A stretch of DNA of 64,000 bases from a virus (taxonomy: Duplodnaviria > Caudoviricetes). Each line of letters opens with the position of its first letter. The stretch's first letter is position 1. Made by a program: the position numbers and the translations under genes. The stretch covers positions 58,575 to 122,574 of the IMG/VR virus record IMGVR_UViG_3300028805_000074; one strand, written 5' to 3'. The notes under the pieces are model-generated. The model did no database searches. It was not told the origin of the DNA and saw only the letters and a list, made by a program, of their open reading frames with translations. Shown one piece after another: positions 44,949 through 54,750 of the stretch.

Positions 44949-45821
44949 CTATTTCCGGAGGCTATCTCCTTTGAAGATGGCGACGGAGGTGATGACCTTC
45001 AGGCGGTCGAGCACTTCGAGGCCGTAGCGGTTCTGGATGGAGTCAGGATAGCGCGGGTCGGCGACGGGCGTGGTTGAGAGGTTGGTGGTGATGATGAGCA
45101 GGTTGCCGGTGTGCTCGGCATTATTGCAGAGCTCGAAGAACGAGTTGTCGATGTTACCGAAATACTTGCGCGGTTCCTTGCCCAGGTCGTCGATAATCAG
45201 GATGCGCTCTTTCTTCAGTTCGTCGAGACGGGCGTGGAGTTCGGCGGCATTGACTGATGGTATCGGCCGTCCGCCGTTGCCAAGGATGACGGGCAGAATC
45301 TTGGTGCAGACGAGCGTCTTACCCAGTCCGGGCGTGCCGACGCAGAGCAGTCCCCTACCCCGGTTGTCGGTAAGCCATTCCGCCACACGGTCGTAGCCCT
45401 GCAGCCACTGGTGGCCGTCGGGCAGGAAATACTTCAGACCGTCGTCCATGCGCTTGTGAGCATCGGCAATCCGGATGTGGTACGGGTCCTTACGGCTGTC
45501 ATAGCCGTGCTGCTGCAGATAGGCGGCCACGTCGGCAAACGACGGCTCGGCTGCAATAATGCGGTATTGCAATACGACGCTGGTCTTGAACACCTCCTGC
45601 GTGGCCCATCGGATGTCCTTCGCCCCGTTCATCTCCAGATACTCATAGACATATTTCGACGGCACCTGGACCAGCAGCGTCCGCGTGTCGGGGTCGTAAC
45701 TCTCGAACTGCACGTCGCCGTACCACACGTCGAACCAATGCCGGAACCGCTCGCCGTACTTCTCGCGGATCATCGCGAGACAGTCATCCCAAAGTTTGCT
45801 GTAATCTTCCATCATTTCCAT
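44949..45821 (-). CDS. DnaA N-terminal domain fused to a DnaC/IstB-like AAA+ ATPase (helicase loader)
   Basis: LWDDCLAMIR...FDVWY...LLVQVPSKY; Walker A GTPGLGKT; Walker B LIIDDLGKE; ITTNL. Confidence 0.8.
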   Translation of the reverse strand: MEMMEDYSKLWDDCLAMIREKYGERFRHWFDVWYGDVQFESYDPDTRTLLVQVPSKYVYEYLEMNGAKDIRWATQEVFKTSVVLQYRIIAAEPSFADVAAYLQQHGYDSRKDPYHIRIADAHKRMDDGLKYFLPDGHQWLQGYDRVAEWLTDNRGRGLLCVGTPGLGKTLVCTKILPVILGNGGRPIPSVNAAELHARLDELKKERILIIDDLGKEPRKYFGNIDNSFFELCNNAEHTGNLLIITTNLSTTPVADPRYPDSIQNRYGLEVLDRLKVITSVAIFKGDSLRK

Positions 45822-47116
45822 TCCTCCATAGTTATTTTGTCATCCACTGAACCGCTGGGCACGTCATCTACAATCTCTTCGGCCTGGGCGAACTGCTTGT
45901 TCTCCTCGGTGCGGATATACTCGTCGATGGCGGTGTAGGCCCATGCGGGTATCTTCTTCACGTCGGCATGGCGACCGGCCATGAACTCGTCGTGCCACTG
46001 CTGCAGCTGCTCGACGAAGCCGGGCATGATGACGGGCGTGACGCGGCGCAGGAGGGCTCGCGCCTGGTTGATGTGCAGGCCGAAGAAATCGACCATGAGT
46101 TTCTGGCATATCTCGCGGTTGGGGGCGTAGTCGTTCTCCTCCTTGATAGTGCGTCCGGCCTCGGTGGGCAGGATGGTGAAGGCCACGGCATCGGGGCGCT
46201 TGTAGGGCGGCAGGGGCGTGCCGTGGAGCAGTCCCTGGTAGGTGAAGGTGAAGTCGGCTCCCCCACCCTCGGCCAGCTTGTCGAGTTCCTTCTGTGCCTG
46301 GTTGAGCACCTTGTCGCAGAACTGGCTCCACGAGCCGTAGCGGTTCTCGCGGTCGGGGTCGTCGCTGTCCTTCACGAAGCCCAGTCGGGTGCGCAGGTCG
46401 CGCATCGGTATGACGAACCGCTCGCCATGGTGGCGCCACTCCTCGGAGAGGTAGATGTAGAGGGGGTAGGAGAACGACGAGCGCAGCTTGCCTGCCGTGT
46501 AGCCCACGAAGCGGGTGTAGTTCGAGAAGAGGTTGATGTCGAGGATGTTCTCGGCTATCGTGCGGGGGATGATGACCGAGAAGTCCGTGCCCACGAATCG
46601 GCCGTTCTCACGCTTGCCCTCAATCTTCATCAGGTTCTCGGTGACGTAGTAGCCCGGCTTGTCGGGGTCGGGGATGAAGCACTGTACGTGGGTGAGCGAG
46701 TAAAGCGCGGTGCGGGCTTCCTCGTAGTGCGGATCGTCGGCGATGTCGGACATGCGCAACTTGAAGAGCACGTCGCCCTTGCTGAGCACCTTCGTGTTCT
46801 CCTTGATGACCTCGAACTCGTCGGTGATGAAGTTCAGGTAGAGCTGGCCGGTCTTGTCGGTCTGCGGCATCTTGGCGATGCGCCAGAGTCCCTGCAGGCG
46901 CTGGAGCACGGCGATGAGCACACGGTAGCCGGTGACCTTGTTCATCATCGGCAGGTGGGCCAGCGCCCGTGGCTGGGTAATCAGATCCTGAAGGCTCAGG
47001 GTGACGGCCTTCTTTTTCTTGGACTTACGAGGCTGCGGGGTCGTCGGCGACTTCGTGTCCTCTGACGGCTTCGTCGGCTTAGACTGAGCGTCAACAGCGG
47101 TTTTCTTCTTGACCAT
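45812..47116 (-). CDS. Plasmid-type replication initiator (Rep_3/RepB-like winged helix)
   Basis: LRSSFSYPLYIYL...DLRTRLG...Y..WSQFCDKVLNQAQKEL; adjacent iterons. Confidence 0.75.
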   Translation of the reverse strand: MVKKKTAVDAQSKPTKPSEDTKSPTTPQPRKSKKKKAVTLSLQDLITQPRALAHLPMMNKVTGYRVLIAVLQRLQGLWRIAKMPQTDKTGQLYLNFITDEFEVIKENTKVLSKGDVLFKLRMSDIADDPHYEEARTALYSLTHVQCFIPDPDKPGYYVTENLMKIEGKRENGRFVGTDFSVIIPRTIAENILDINLFSNYTRFVGYTAGKLRSSFSYPLYIYLSEEWRHHGERFVIPMRDLRTRLGFVKDSDDPDRENRYGSWSQFCDKVLNQAQKELDKLAEGGGADFTFTYQGLLHGTPLPPYKRPDAVAFTILPTEAGRTIKEENDYAPNREICQKLMVDFFGLHINQARALLRRVTPVIMPGFVEQLQQWHDEFMAGRHADVKKIPAWAYTAIDEYIRTEENKQFAQAEEIVDDVPSGSVDDKITMEEWK

Positions 47117-47160
47117 ATTGTGTAGCTTTTAAATTGTTGCGGGAGTGACCTTTCAGGGCA

Positions 47161-47192
47161 CAAAGATAGAAATTATATTTTAAACTTCCAAA
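47161..47192 (-). promoter_or_regulatory. Promoter of rep
   Basis: TTTG-N20-TATCTTTG on the minus strand. Confidence 0.65.
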
Positions 47193-47269
47193 CTTTTTCG
47201 GGAAAATTTTTATTTTTGGATGCAAATTTGTTTGTTTTGATTATCAGCAAGTTACAAAATCGCACCTTT

Positions 47270-48025
47270 TGTTTCGGAAAGTTCCGCCTACTGTTCCGGA
47301 AAACTACGCCTTTGTTTTCGGGCAGACGCTGCTACTAATCTGGTAAGACAGTCCTGTGTTTCCGGTAAACGTCGGCTGCATTTTCGGAAACCTATAATGA
47401 CCTACCAATTCGGTAAACCTCCACCTACCAACTCGGAAAACTATGGGTGCGATCGCCTACCAATTCGGCAAACTCCATCCTACGTTTTCGGGTAATCTGA
47501 ACCTACCAACAGGCTAAACCAGTACCTACCATCACGGTAAACCACCACCTACCAACTCGGAAAACTTTTGTCCGTAACTCGCTGATAATCAGCAATGATT
47601 TGCGGTTGTATATATATTTCTATTCGATATTCTATAGAAGGAACATATTATAAAGACGATTCGGGACGTTTCTTTTTTTGATTTTAAGAAGGAAAAAGAA
47701 AGGAAAAGAATAAGGAAAAGGTCTGAACTAAGTAGCGCTTTGACTCTGGAAGGATTGCTGCATTTAGCCTACGGCAAATTGTCAGTAAATAAAAACCGTC
47801 TGATTTACAAGTAATTACGTTTTGTCTGGATTTACTGCGCAAATAAGATTCGATTCGAGGTTTTCCGAATTGGTAGGTTGTTTACCCTCTCCCCCTACCC
47901 CCTCTCCCTGCCTGGCCAGGAGAAAAGTTTTCCGAAATGGTAGGTCATTCGTGGGCGTGTCTTTGCCAATCACTGGCACGAAAAAACCTGCGCACGTTCG
48001 CACGCAGGTTTTCCGAAATAGTAGG
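47270..48025. other. Iteron-type replication origin
   Basis: Direct repeats CCTACCAAYTCGGNAAAC at about 22-bp spacing (47401-47565), AT-rich tract at about 47605-47720, and three inverted copies near 47860, 47927 and 48008. Confidence 0.75.
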
Positions 48026-48107
48026 TGAACGGGTTACTCAAAGAATTTCAGGCTGGGGTTGAAAATGTTGTTATTCATAATGTGTAGCTTTTAATTGTGA
48101 ATATAGA

Positions 48108-48410
48108 TTAGATGTTCGCGATAATGATATTCCCCTTCATTTCGGGATGACCTTTGAGAAGGATTTCAACGTAGGAGTCGCAGGCTTCTGGGGTGCCGTG
48201 ATAGATGGATGTTCCGGCTTGTCCGTCCTCGATGGGATACACGGCCATATAACCGAGCCTGCGTTGTTCCTCGATTATCAACTCCTTTACCCGTGTCATC
48301 ATATCATCGTACACCTGCCACTCCTCGGCATCCTTCACGCATTCCTTCTTGCACTCCAGCAGCGTCGCACTCAGTGCTTCCAGGCGTTCGAGTTTCGTTG
48401 TCATTGCCAT
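48108..48410 (-). CDS. Hypothetical protein
   Basis: Start moved to MAMTTK. Confidence 0.6.
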   Translation of the reverse strand: MAMTTKLERLEALSATLLECKKECVKDAEEWQVYDDMMTRVKELIIEEQRRLGYMAVYPIEDGQAGTSIYHGTPEACDSYVEILLKGHPEMKGNIIIANI

Positions 48411-48414
48411 AGCG

Positions 48415-48723
48415 TTACTTCTTTTCGTAGGTTGTCGTAAGCAGCGCGGCCATGTCGCGGAAGCGCTGATAGTCGCTGTCGGAAATCTGACCGGCGGCAT
48501 GGAGGCCGTCGAGGATGAAGAGGTAGAGGGCGCGGTGCTTGGGGGTGTCGGTCTGGGTGCAGTACATCTGCAGGGCGTTGAACACCTCCTTGGGCATGAT
48601 GGTCGTGGCCTTCTTGGTGAGTATGGTCTTAGCATCCTTTGAGAGTAGTTTCTCAATATCGACTCCCCTACCCTCTTGTCCTGGTGTTATCTCTGTGACG
48701 AGATAGATTTTCTTATTATCCAT
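48415..48723 (-). CDS. Small protein, possible ribbon-helix-helix DNA binder
   Basis: KATTIMPKEVFNALQMYC...KHRALYLFILDGL. Confidence 0.5.
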   Translation of the reverse strand: MDNKKIYLVTEITPGQEGRGVDIEKLLSKDAKTILTKKATTIMPKEVFNALQMYCTQTDTPKHRALYLFILDGLHAAGQISDSDYQRFRDMAALLTTTYEKK

Positions 48724-48799
48724 ACTGTTATTGTTTTACTGCGTTATTATTTTATTGTATTATTGAATTACTGCAATATTGCACTACTGCGATACTGCG

Positions 48800-49198
48800 T
48801 TATTGAGAGGATGATGAACTGGTGTCTGATGACTTGCGGCCTTTCCAGCCGTATTCTGGTGGCAACTCTTTGAGGGCTTGTGTGCGCTGCTCGGCGGTGA
48901 TGACACCCTGCTGCTCCAGACCTATCAGAAGCGTTTCGAGGAAGAAGCGCTTAGCGGTGAGGTCGCGATCCTCGGCGGCACGGGTGGCGAGGCGGTGAAT
49001 TGACTTGGGCAGGAAGCACAGGGCACCGACGGCCTTCTCTGCCGCCATGCCGGTAGGCTCTGGTTCACTACTTGAAGAGCTGCTGCTCTCCCCTACTCTA
49101 CTCTCTAATGCTCGACGGCGCTGCAGTATCTCATCGGGCGTTTCGTTCAGGATCTGCTGCGACTTGCCGTCTGGTTTCTTTTTTCCTATTGCACTCAT
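48800..49198 (-). CDS. Putative ParG-like (RHH) partition adaptor
   Basis: Disordered N-terminus, then ALCFLPKSIHRLATRAAEDRDLTAKRFFLETL; downstream of parA. Confidence 0.5.
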   Translation of the reverse strand: MSAIGKKKPDGKSQQILNETPDEILQRRRALESRVGESSSSSSSEPEPTGMAAEKAVGALCFLPKSIHRLATRAAEDRDLTAKRFFLETLLIGLEQQGVITAEQRTQALKELPPEYGWKGRKSSDTSSSSSQ

Positions 49199-49273
49199 GT
49201 GTTATTGCTTTATTGCGGTTATACATTATTATATTATTACTATATTGCGCTATTGCCTTATTGCAATATTGTG

Positions 49274-49540
49274 TTATTGTCTTATTTCGCCTATGCAATC
49301 TATTAGTTTTCTCCTAACAGGCGCATGATCCACCTTTTCTGGGAACACCAGCGAAACCATGTCGTCGATGTCTTCTCCGTGATTAACGATTGAATCTACC
49401 AGTGCATCCCAGTATGAGTCAAATTTTTCTGAAGGTATTACCATAGAACCGCCTTTCAAGAAAAAGAAATTCGCTCTTTCCTCCCTTATGCGGCTTTTGT
49501 ATTTGGCCCTTTTGCCCTCTAAACTCCAATGTTGTTCCAT
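49274..49540 (-). CDS. Hypothetical protein
   Basis: 88-aa ORF in the par operon. Confidence 0.5.
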   Translation of the reverse strand: MEQHWSLEGKRAKYKSRIREERANFFFLKGGSMVIPSEKFDSYWDALVDSIVNHGEDIDDMVSLVFPEKVDHAPVRRKLIDCIGEIRQ

Positions 49541-49668
49541 AATTATTGTCTTACAGCTTTATTGCATTGTTGTTATATTACCTTATTGCATTATTGCTAT
49601 GATGTCGTACTGCACTATTGCAATAGTGTATAATTGCAATGACGCGATACGGCACGATTGCAATATGG

Positions 49669-50517
49669 CTATATCAGTCCCTTGGTGCGCTTGACGATGA
49701 TGTCGGCCAGGGCAGAGTAGGTCTTGCGGGCGGCGACGGCGGGAGGGTATTGGAAGACGCTCTTCAGGTCGCGCTGGGAGTTGCGAACGGCATTTGACTC
49801 ACCAATGATGACGGGCAGGATGTCCTTCTTATATTGTGCTCGCAGGGCTTCTTCTGCAAGATCCTCTTTCGTTGGTTTGTCGTCCGTTCCTTTCGGTCCA
49901 CGGCGGCTGATGAGGAAACCGAGGTTCACCAGTTCGTCGTTCTCGGTCTCGCGAATTTCCTGCATGTAGGCGAGGTAGTTCTGTAGTCCGTTGAGGGCGA
50001 AGCCTTCGAGGTTGACGGGGATGAGCACGGCGTTGACGGCAATGAGGATGTTGTCAACGAGCACCTGCGGGCCTACGGGCGAGTCAATCAGGATGTAGTC
50101 GAAGTCGGAGGCCCAGTCGGTCAGTCCTTCGCCTGTGCGGTCGTCGGGAGCCTTCTGCAGGGCGCGTGTCAGCTTCATGGCTGGGTTGCGCATGGTGGGT
50201 AGTTGCTGGTCCACCTTGTTCATAATGGAGGTGGAGGGGCAGTAGTAGAGCCCTGACTTCGATCGATAGACGGGGATGGGTGCATCCTCGCAGAGCACGT
50301 TGTAGATGGTGGGGTAGTGCTGCAGCTCCAGATCTGGGTTCCAGTCGGTGCAGGAGGAGAGGTTGGCCTGACGATCCATGTCGATGACCATCACACGATA
50401 GCCTTGCAGGTGCAGGGCCATGGCGAGGTTGAGGGTGGTCGTGGTCTTGCCGACGCCGCCCTTGTAGTTGCCGATGCCGATGACGGCACGCAACTGAGTA
50501 CGTTTACTCTGTTTCAT
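49669..50517 (-). CDS. parA: ParA/Soj family partition ATPase
   Basis: NYKGGVGKTTTT, VIDMDRQAN, DYILIDSP; start moved to MKQSK. Confidence 0.9.
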   Translation of the reverse strand: MKQSKRTQLRAVIGIGNYKGGVGKTTTTLNLAMALHLQGYRVMVIDMDRQANLSSCTDWNPDLELQHYPTIYNVLCEDAPIPVYRSKSGLYYCPSTSIMNKVDQQLPTMRNPAMKLTRALQKAPDDRTGEGLTDWASDFDYILIDSPVGPQVLVDNILIAVNAVLIPVNLEGFALNGLQNYLAYMQEIRETENDELVNLGFLISRRGPKGTDDKPTKEDLAEEALRAQYKKDILPVIIGESNAVRNSQRDLKSVFQYPPAVAARKTYSALADIIVKRTKGLI

Positions 50518-50811
50518 ACTTGTGTAGCTTTTATAAATAATGTATGTAGAACTTTCGTTCCGTTGAACTTTGTTCGTTGTAGCTGCTGCAAATATACGAA
50601 TAATTATTTGAATTATTGCTATATTGCCGTAATGTTTTAACACAATATAACAATAGCGCATTATTGCAATATTGCAGTAATAGAGTAATTCGGTATTGCA
50701 ATAAGGTGGGGTAGGAAGGTTGATTATGCGCTTTGCTCGCACTGCCCTTGATTCCGAAAACAATGCTGCGTATATTGCACTCAAAAAGACAAATAACGAA
50801 TAAACTGCGAT

Positions 50812-51403
50812 ATGAGTAGAGACTGGAAGGGTGGAACGGCATCGACGTTCAAGACCATCGGGGCATCGAACCACTGCGAGCACGACAGGGCGGACAAGGA
50901 CTACTACGCCACGGAGCCGAGGGCGACGGAGCTGCTGTGCAAGATAGAGCGGTTCGAGGGGCCGATACTGGAGCCGAGCTGCGGGGAGGGGCACATGAGC
51001 CGGGCGCTGATGGCGGCGGGCTACGAGGTGGTGAGCCGCGACCTGGCAGACCGTGGGTTCGGCGAGGTGGCGGACTTCCTGAGTCCGGAGAACACGGAGT
51101 GGGGTGGGGACATCGTGACCAATCCTCCGTATGCGTTTGCGCAGGAGTTCGTGGAGAAGGCATTAGAGATCATCCCCGAGGGCAGGAAGGTGGCCATGTT
51201 CCTGAAACTCACGTTTCTTGAAGGAAAGCGCCGGGCGGCGCTGTTTGAAAATACCCCCCCGAAGGGTGTGGGTCAGCCATGCAAGGCTGAAGTGCGCCAT
51301 GAACGGCGACTTCGAGAACACCGGCGGCAGCGCCACGGCGTATGCGTGGTTCGTGTGGGAGAAGGGATATAAGGGGGCACCGGAGATACGGTGGTTTAAC
51401 TGA
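50812..51403 (+). pseudogene. N6-adenine/N4-cytosine DNA methyltransferase, frameshifted near the C7 tract at 51254-51260
   Basis: DYYAT, ILEPSCGEG and IVTNPPY in one frame; conserved RVWV...AYAWFVWEKGY tail in the +1 frame. Confidence 0.75.
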
Positions 51404-51433
51404 GAGACATTTAACTTTTAATTTATAACGACA

Positions 51434-51673
51434 ATGGCAACATCAGTATCAGTAACACTTATTATCTGCATTACTATCATCATAGTAACTGCAATTATTG
51501 CATTCTCGTCAACCGACAAAGAAGCAAAGCAAAAGGTAAGAGACATCGGCAGAATGGTTTCTGAATGGGATGACTTATATCTAAGTTATGACAATGAGAA
51601 AGAGAAATACACCTGCTCCGCTTCTGACGACGATATCAAGTATCTATGTCGGGCTATCAGAAGCATCTGCTAA
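51434..51673 (+). CDS. Small membrane-anchored protein
   Basis: N-terminal TM helix. Confidence 0.6.
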   Translation: MATSVSVTLIICITIIIVTAIIAFSSTDKEAKQKVRDIGRMVSEWDDLYLSYDNEKEKYTCSASDDDIKYLCRAIRSIC

Positions 51674-51695
51674 TATCAATTAAAATTTAGCGAAT

Positions 51696-51992
51696 ATGAC
51701 AGACAAACAGAAACAGGCAGTTGAACTGCTGAACCGGCTGCACGGTCAGGGACCAAAGGCTGGCGAATTGCTCACGGACGAGGAGTATTATTTTCTTCTC
51801 GACTTCATCATCGGCGAACAGCCACAGCAGCAGATAACGTATGTGCCCTACACGCCGGACATCACGCCGCACTGGCCGTGTCAGCCGCTGCAGCCGTACT
51901 ATCAGAACCCTGCAGACATATTCCGCGTGACGTGCGACGGCAGTCATCAGACCAGCACCTTCTCGGTGCATAACGATAAAAAGGAGGGATGA
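51696..51992 (+). CDS. Hypothetical protein
   Basis: 98-aa ORF. Confidence 0.6.
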   Translation: MTDKQKQAVELLNRLHGQGPKAGELLTDEEYYFLLDFIIGEQPQQQITYVPYTPDITPHWPCQPLQPYYQNPADIFRVTCDGSHQTSTFSVHNDKKEG

Positions 51993-51996
51993 GATC

Positions 51997-52206
51997 ATGG
52001 CAAACATTCAGGAGATAGCCGAAGAACTTTGCAATCTGACTGCAAAAGAAGTTAATGAGTTGGCTATGGTAATGAAAGGTGAGTACGGTATCGAGCCAAG
52101 TGCCTGTGCCGCTGAAATTCGCGAGAGGCAGGAAAGAGCCTGTCGCACACTATCGCCACGAGAATACGGCATGTCGCTAATGAACAAAAGACACAGAAGG
52201 AAATAA
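51997..52206 (+). CDS. Ribosomal protein bL12 (L7/L12) N-terminal-domain homolog with an unrelated basic tail
   Basis: [34 protein letters not shown] resembles Bacteroidetes bL12 MADIKAIAEELVNLTVKEVNELA.LK.EYGIEP (recalled). Confidence 0.75.
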   Translation: MANIQEIAEELCNLTAKEVNELAMVMKGEYGIEPSACAAEIRERQERACRTLSPREYGMSLMNKRHRRK

Positions 52207-52219
52207 TTGAAATAGAACT

Positions 52220-53548
52220 ATGATCAGAAAGATTAGAAGGGAAGAGTATCTGAAGGGCTACGGCGCGATGAGCGACGGGGAGCGCAAGGACTACCTGAAG
52301 AGGGTGGGGGAGTGGCTTGCTGACGGCGGGCGGCGATTGCTGGAGGCGACGGAACGTCCGATGGCGAAGGCGCAGAACATCGTGCTGCTGTCGGCGCGGT
52401 GGAAGGAGCAGGAGGTGGCGATGTTTGCCGAGGGGGCGCGACTGCTGTCGGCGCTCATGGACGTGGCAGATACGTGGCTGCCGACGCAACTGTATGCGAA
52501 GAGCGCGTACAGGGCGGTGAGGAATATGGTGGAGGTGATGGTGGATGCCTATGAGAGAGCGATGCCAGTAGGGACGGTCGTCGGGGATTTCGTGAAGACG
52601 GCAGGCCGGCCGGGCTTCGTGGAGTATGCCTATATAGGGAAAGGTAACGATAAAGGGGGAGCGGCTGCGCTCTATAACCTCGGGCCAAACGGCGCCGCCG
52701 GAGCTGCTGCTGGGAAACAGGGTGGCACTCCCTCTTCTCCCGTCGGAAAACCGACGGGCACGGTGGCTGGCGGTTCCTTGGTTATTACCGAGGAGCAGAA
52801 GCAGCGCATCGTGGAAAAATATACCAAGAAAGCGATGGAGAAGATGGCGGCGAAAGAGGAGCCTGCGGAGGGAACCGGTAAGGCAACGCAGGACGTCGCC
52901 GCTGCTTCTATCCCGCCGCGACCGAAGCACATTGACCAGTACGTGCATCTGCTGCCGGAGAAGACGCAGGAGAAGGCGAAGCAGTACGGGCCGCTGAAGA
53001 GGGAGATTGAGGCAGCGCGGGAGAATATGCGACTGCTGATGAACGATGCGCACAGCAGTGCTGCCGACCGGGAGAAGTGGGCGAAACTGGCGGCACGCAA
53101 CGACGAGAAGATTGCGAAGATCAACGCCGAACTGGACCGCGAGTGGGAGAAGGTGGCCGCTACAGGGCGCGTGGTGGTGGATGACCTGGGGATGGCGCAC
53201 CTGCTGCCTGCCGAGGGGGAGGCGGAGCCTGCTGTGTCACAGCAGGAAACTCAACCAGAGGCGGAGAAACAGGAGCCCTTAGCCCTAAACCCTGAACCGG
53301 AGAAGCGCAAGCCAGGACGACCGAAGAAACAGCCGGAGATGAGCGACGAGGAAAAGGCTAAGCGCCGGGAGTACTTGAAGAAATGGCTGCGCGACACCAG
53401 GACGAACCAGAGCGACGAGCGGCGGAAGCAGTGGACGAAGAACTGCAAGGAACTGCTCGCCCTGGGCGGTGAACTGACCGACAGCATCCGCAAGGCGGGG
53501 GAGTACTACGGGGTGGACATGACAAAGATAACGACAAACACAAAATAG
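52220..53548 (+). CDS. Hypothetical coiled-coil protein
   Basis: 442-aa ORF. Confidence 0.75.
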   Translation: MIRKIRREEYLKGYGAMSDGERKDYLKRVGEWLADGGRRLLEATERPMAKAQNIVLLSARWKEQEVAMFAEGARLLSALMDVADTWLPTQLYAKSAYRAVRNMVEVMVDAYERAMPVGTVVGDFVKTAGRPGFVEYAYIGKGNDKGGAAALYNLGPNGAAGAAAGKQGGTPSSPVGKPTGTVAGGSLVITEEQKQRIVEKYTKKAMEKMAAKEEPAEGTGKATQDVAAASIPPRPKHIDQYVHLLPEKTQEKAKQYGPLKREIEAARENMRLLMNDAHSSAADREKWAKLAARNDEKIAKINAELDREWEKVAATGRVVVDDLGMAHLLPAEGEAEPAVSQQETQPEAEKQEPLALNPEPEKRKPGRPKKQPEMSDEEKAKRREYLKKWLRDTRTNQSDERRKQWTKNCKELLALGGELTDSIRKAGEYYGVDMTKITTNTK

Positions 53549-53551
53549 ACT

Positions 53552-54064
53552 ATGACATTTCACAGTATCGTAGAGCAGTGGTGCAGGCAGTACAAGTACA
53601 TGCGGCACAACCCGAAGAAGGGGAACAAGCGGTTTTACCTGTCGGAGAAGCCGCTGAACCCGGCGGACATGGCACAGCAAGTGTGCAACAAGGAGTCGCC
53701 GTTCGTGATGATGTTCGGAGGCATAGAGGGCGACGGACCCATCAAGCGGCCGAAGAGGAACTACCCCGTCTGCTTCTTCGTGCGGGCGGAAAAGCAGGCG
53801 TCGGGCGAGGAAGCGGCCGTGGCGATGGAGACGGCATGGGCTCATGCGCAGAACTTCCTGACGTGGCTGCTCGACAAGCACGAGAAAGAGGTGGCCGAGA
53901 ACATCGACGGCGACTTCGCGAGGCTCGCCCTCGACGACGCCTATCTGATGATAGACAGCGCCGGGCCATACGAGAACGGATGGTACGCGGTGCAGGTGCA
54001 GATAGAGCGCGAGGAGCCGCTGAACCTGTGTGTGAATGAAGATCTCTATGATGAGGATTGTTAA
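53552..54064 (+). CDS. Hypothetical protein, possibly neck/tail-completion
   Basis: 170-aa ORF in the late-gene direction. Confidence 0.55.
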   Translation: MTFHSIVEQWCRQYKYMRHNPKKGNKRFYLSEKPLNPADMAQQVCNKESPFVMMFGGIEGDGPIKRPKRNYPVCFFVRAEKQASGEEAAVAMETAWAHAQNFLTWLLDKHEKEVAENIDGDFARLALDDAYLMIDSAGPYENGWYAVQVQIEREEPLNLCVNEDLYDEDC

Positions 54065-54247
54065 ATATTAGGAGGCATTGAGTATGTATCACTTTATGAA
54101 GGACGACCCATGGGGCAACAAGGTCCCTGTGATGAGCATCGGCGACAAGCACGTTGCCGACGAGTATCTTGAGCGCCACCGCAGCCTGATAACGCGGGTG
54201 GTTGAGGTGCCGCGAAACAAGCAGTCGATCATTCTGATGTAAGGGCT

Positions 54248-54676
54248 ATGGGAGGAAGGAAGGAGCCGACGGGCTGGAAATCCTTCAAAACTATGGATGA
54301 AGCCCTGAAATACATGAAAGAAAGAGATATGGCACAGAACGACGAAGAGAAAGCGCCGAAGAAGGTGACGGACATCGACGCGGTGAAGGAGAACATCGAG
54401 GCGGCGGTGATGGCGTTCGCGGAGCAGTGGCTGCCGTGGCCGAGGTTCGACCTGGGCGTGGAGGTGATGGACGTCGGCAGGCTGCGCGACGCGATGGGGC
54501 TGCGGGCCTCGATTGACATCGGCGACCCGTGGCCTGCGGCGGAGAAGCAACTGCTCGACCTCGGATTCCGATGGCAGATGATGGGAGGGCAAAGGGTGAT
54601 GTATTTAAAAGAGAAGGACGGCTTCGAGCCTGATACGGGGTGGCAGGAGGCGAAAGAAGTCGCCGACGGCGACTGA
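54248..54676 (+). CDS. Hypothetical protein
   Basis: ORF; start uncertain. Confidence 0.6.
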   Translation: MGGRKEPTGWKSFKTMDEALKYMKERDMAQNDEEKAPKKVTDIDAVKENIEAAVMAFAEQWLPWPRFDLGVEVMDVGRLRDAMGLRASIDIGDPWPAAEKQLLDLGFRWQMMGGQRVMYLKEKDGFEPDTGWQEAKEVADGD

Positions 54677-54750
54677 GTTTCAGGTTTCAAGTGAAGAATT
54701 AACGTCATTCAATGACATATTATTAACAATCAAAAAAACGTAACGAAAAG

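Larger units (their letters stand above)
48722..50703. repeat. Four clusters of octamer-phased TATTGCNN repeats (putative centromere/operator)
   Basis: Clusters at about 48722-48805, 49200-49287, 49543-49667 and 50613-50703. Confidence 0.65.

Noticed and set aside
50518-50994. N-terminal extension of ParA given by the ORF track
   Set aside because: It runs through the promoter and TATTGC repeats and overlaps the opposite-strand methyltransferase; the likely start is 50517.
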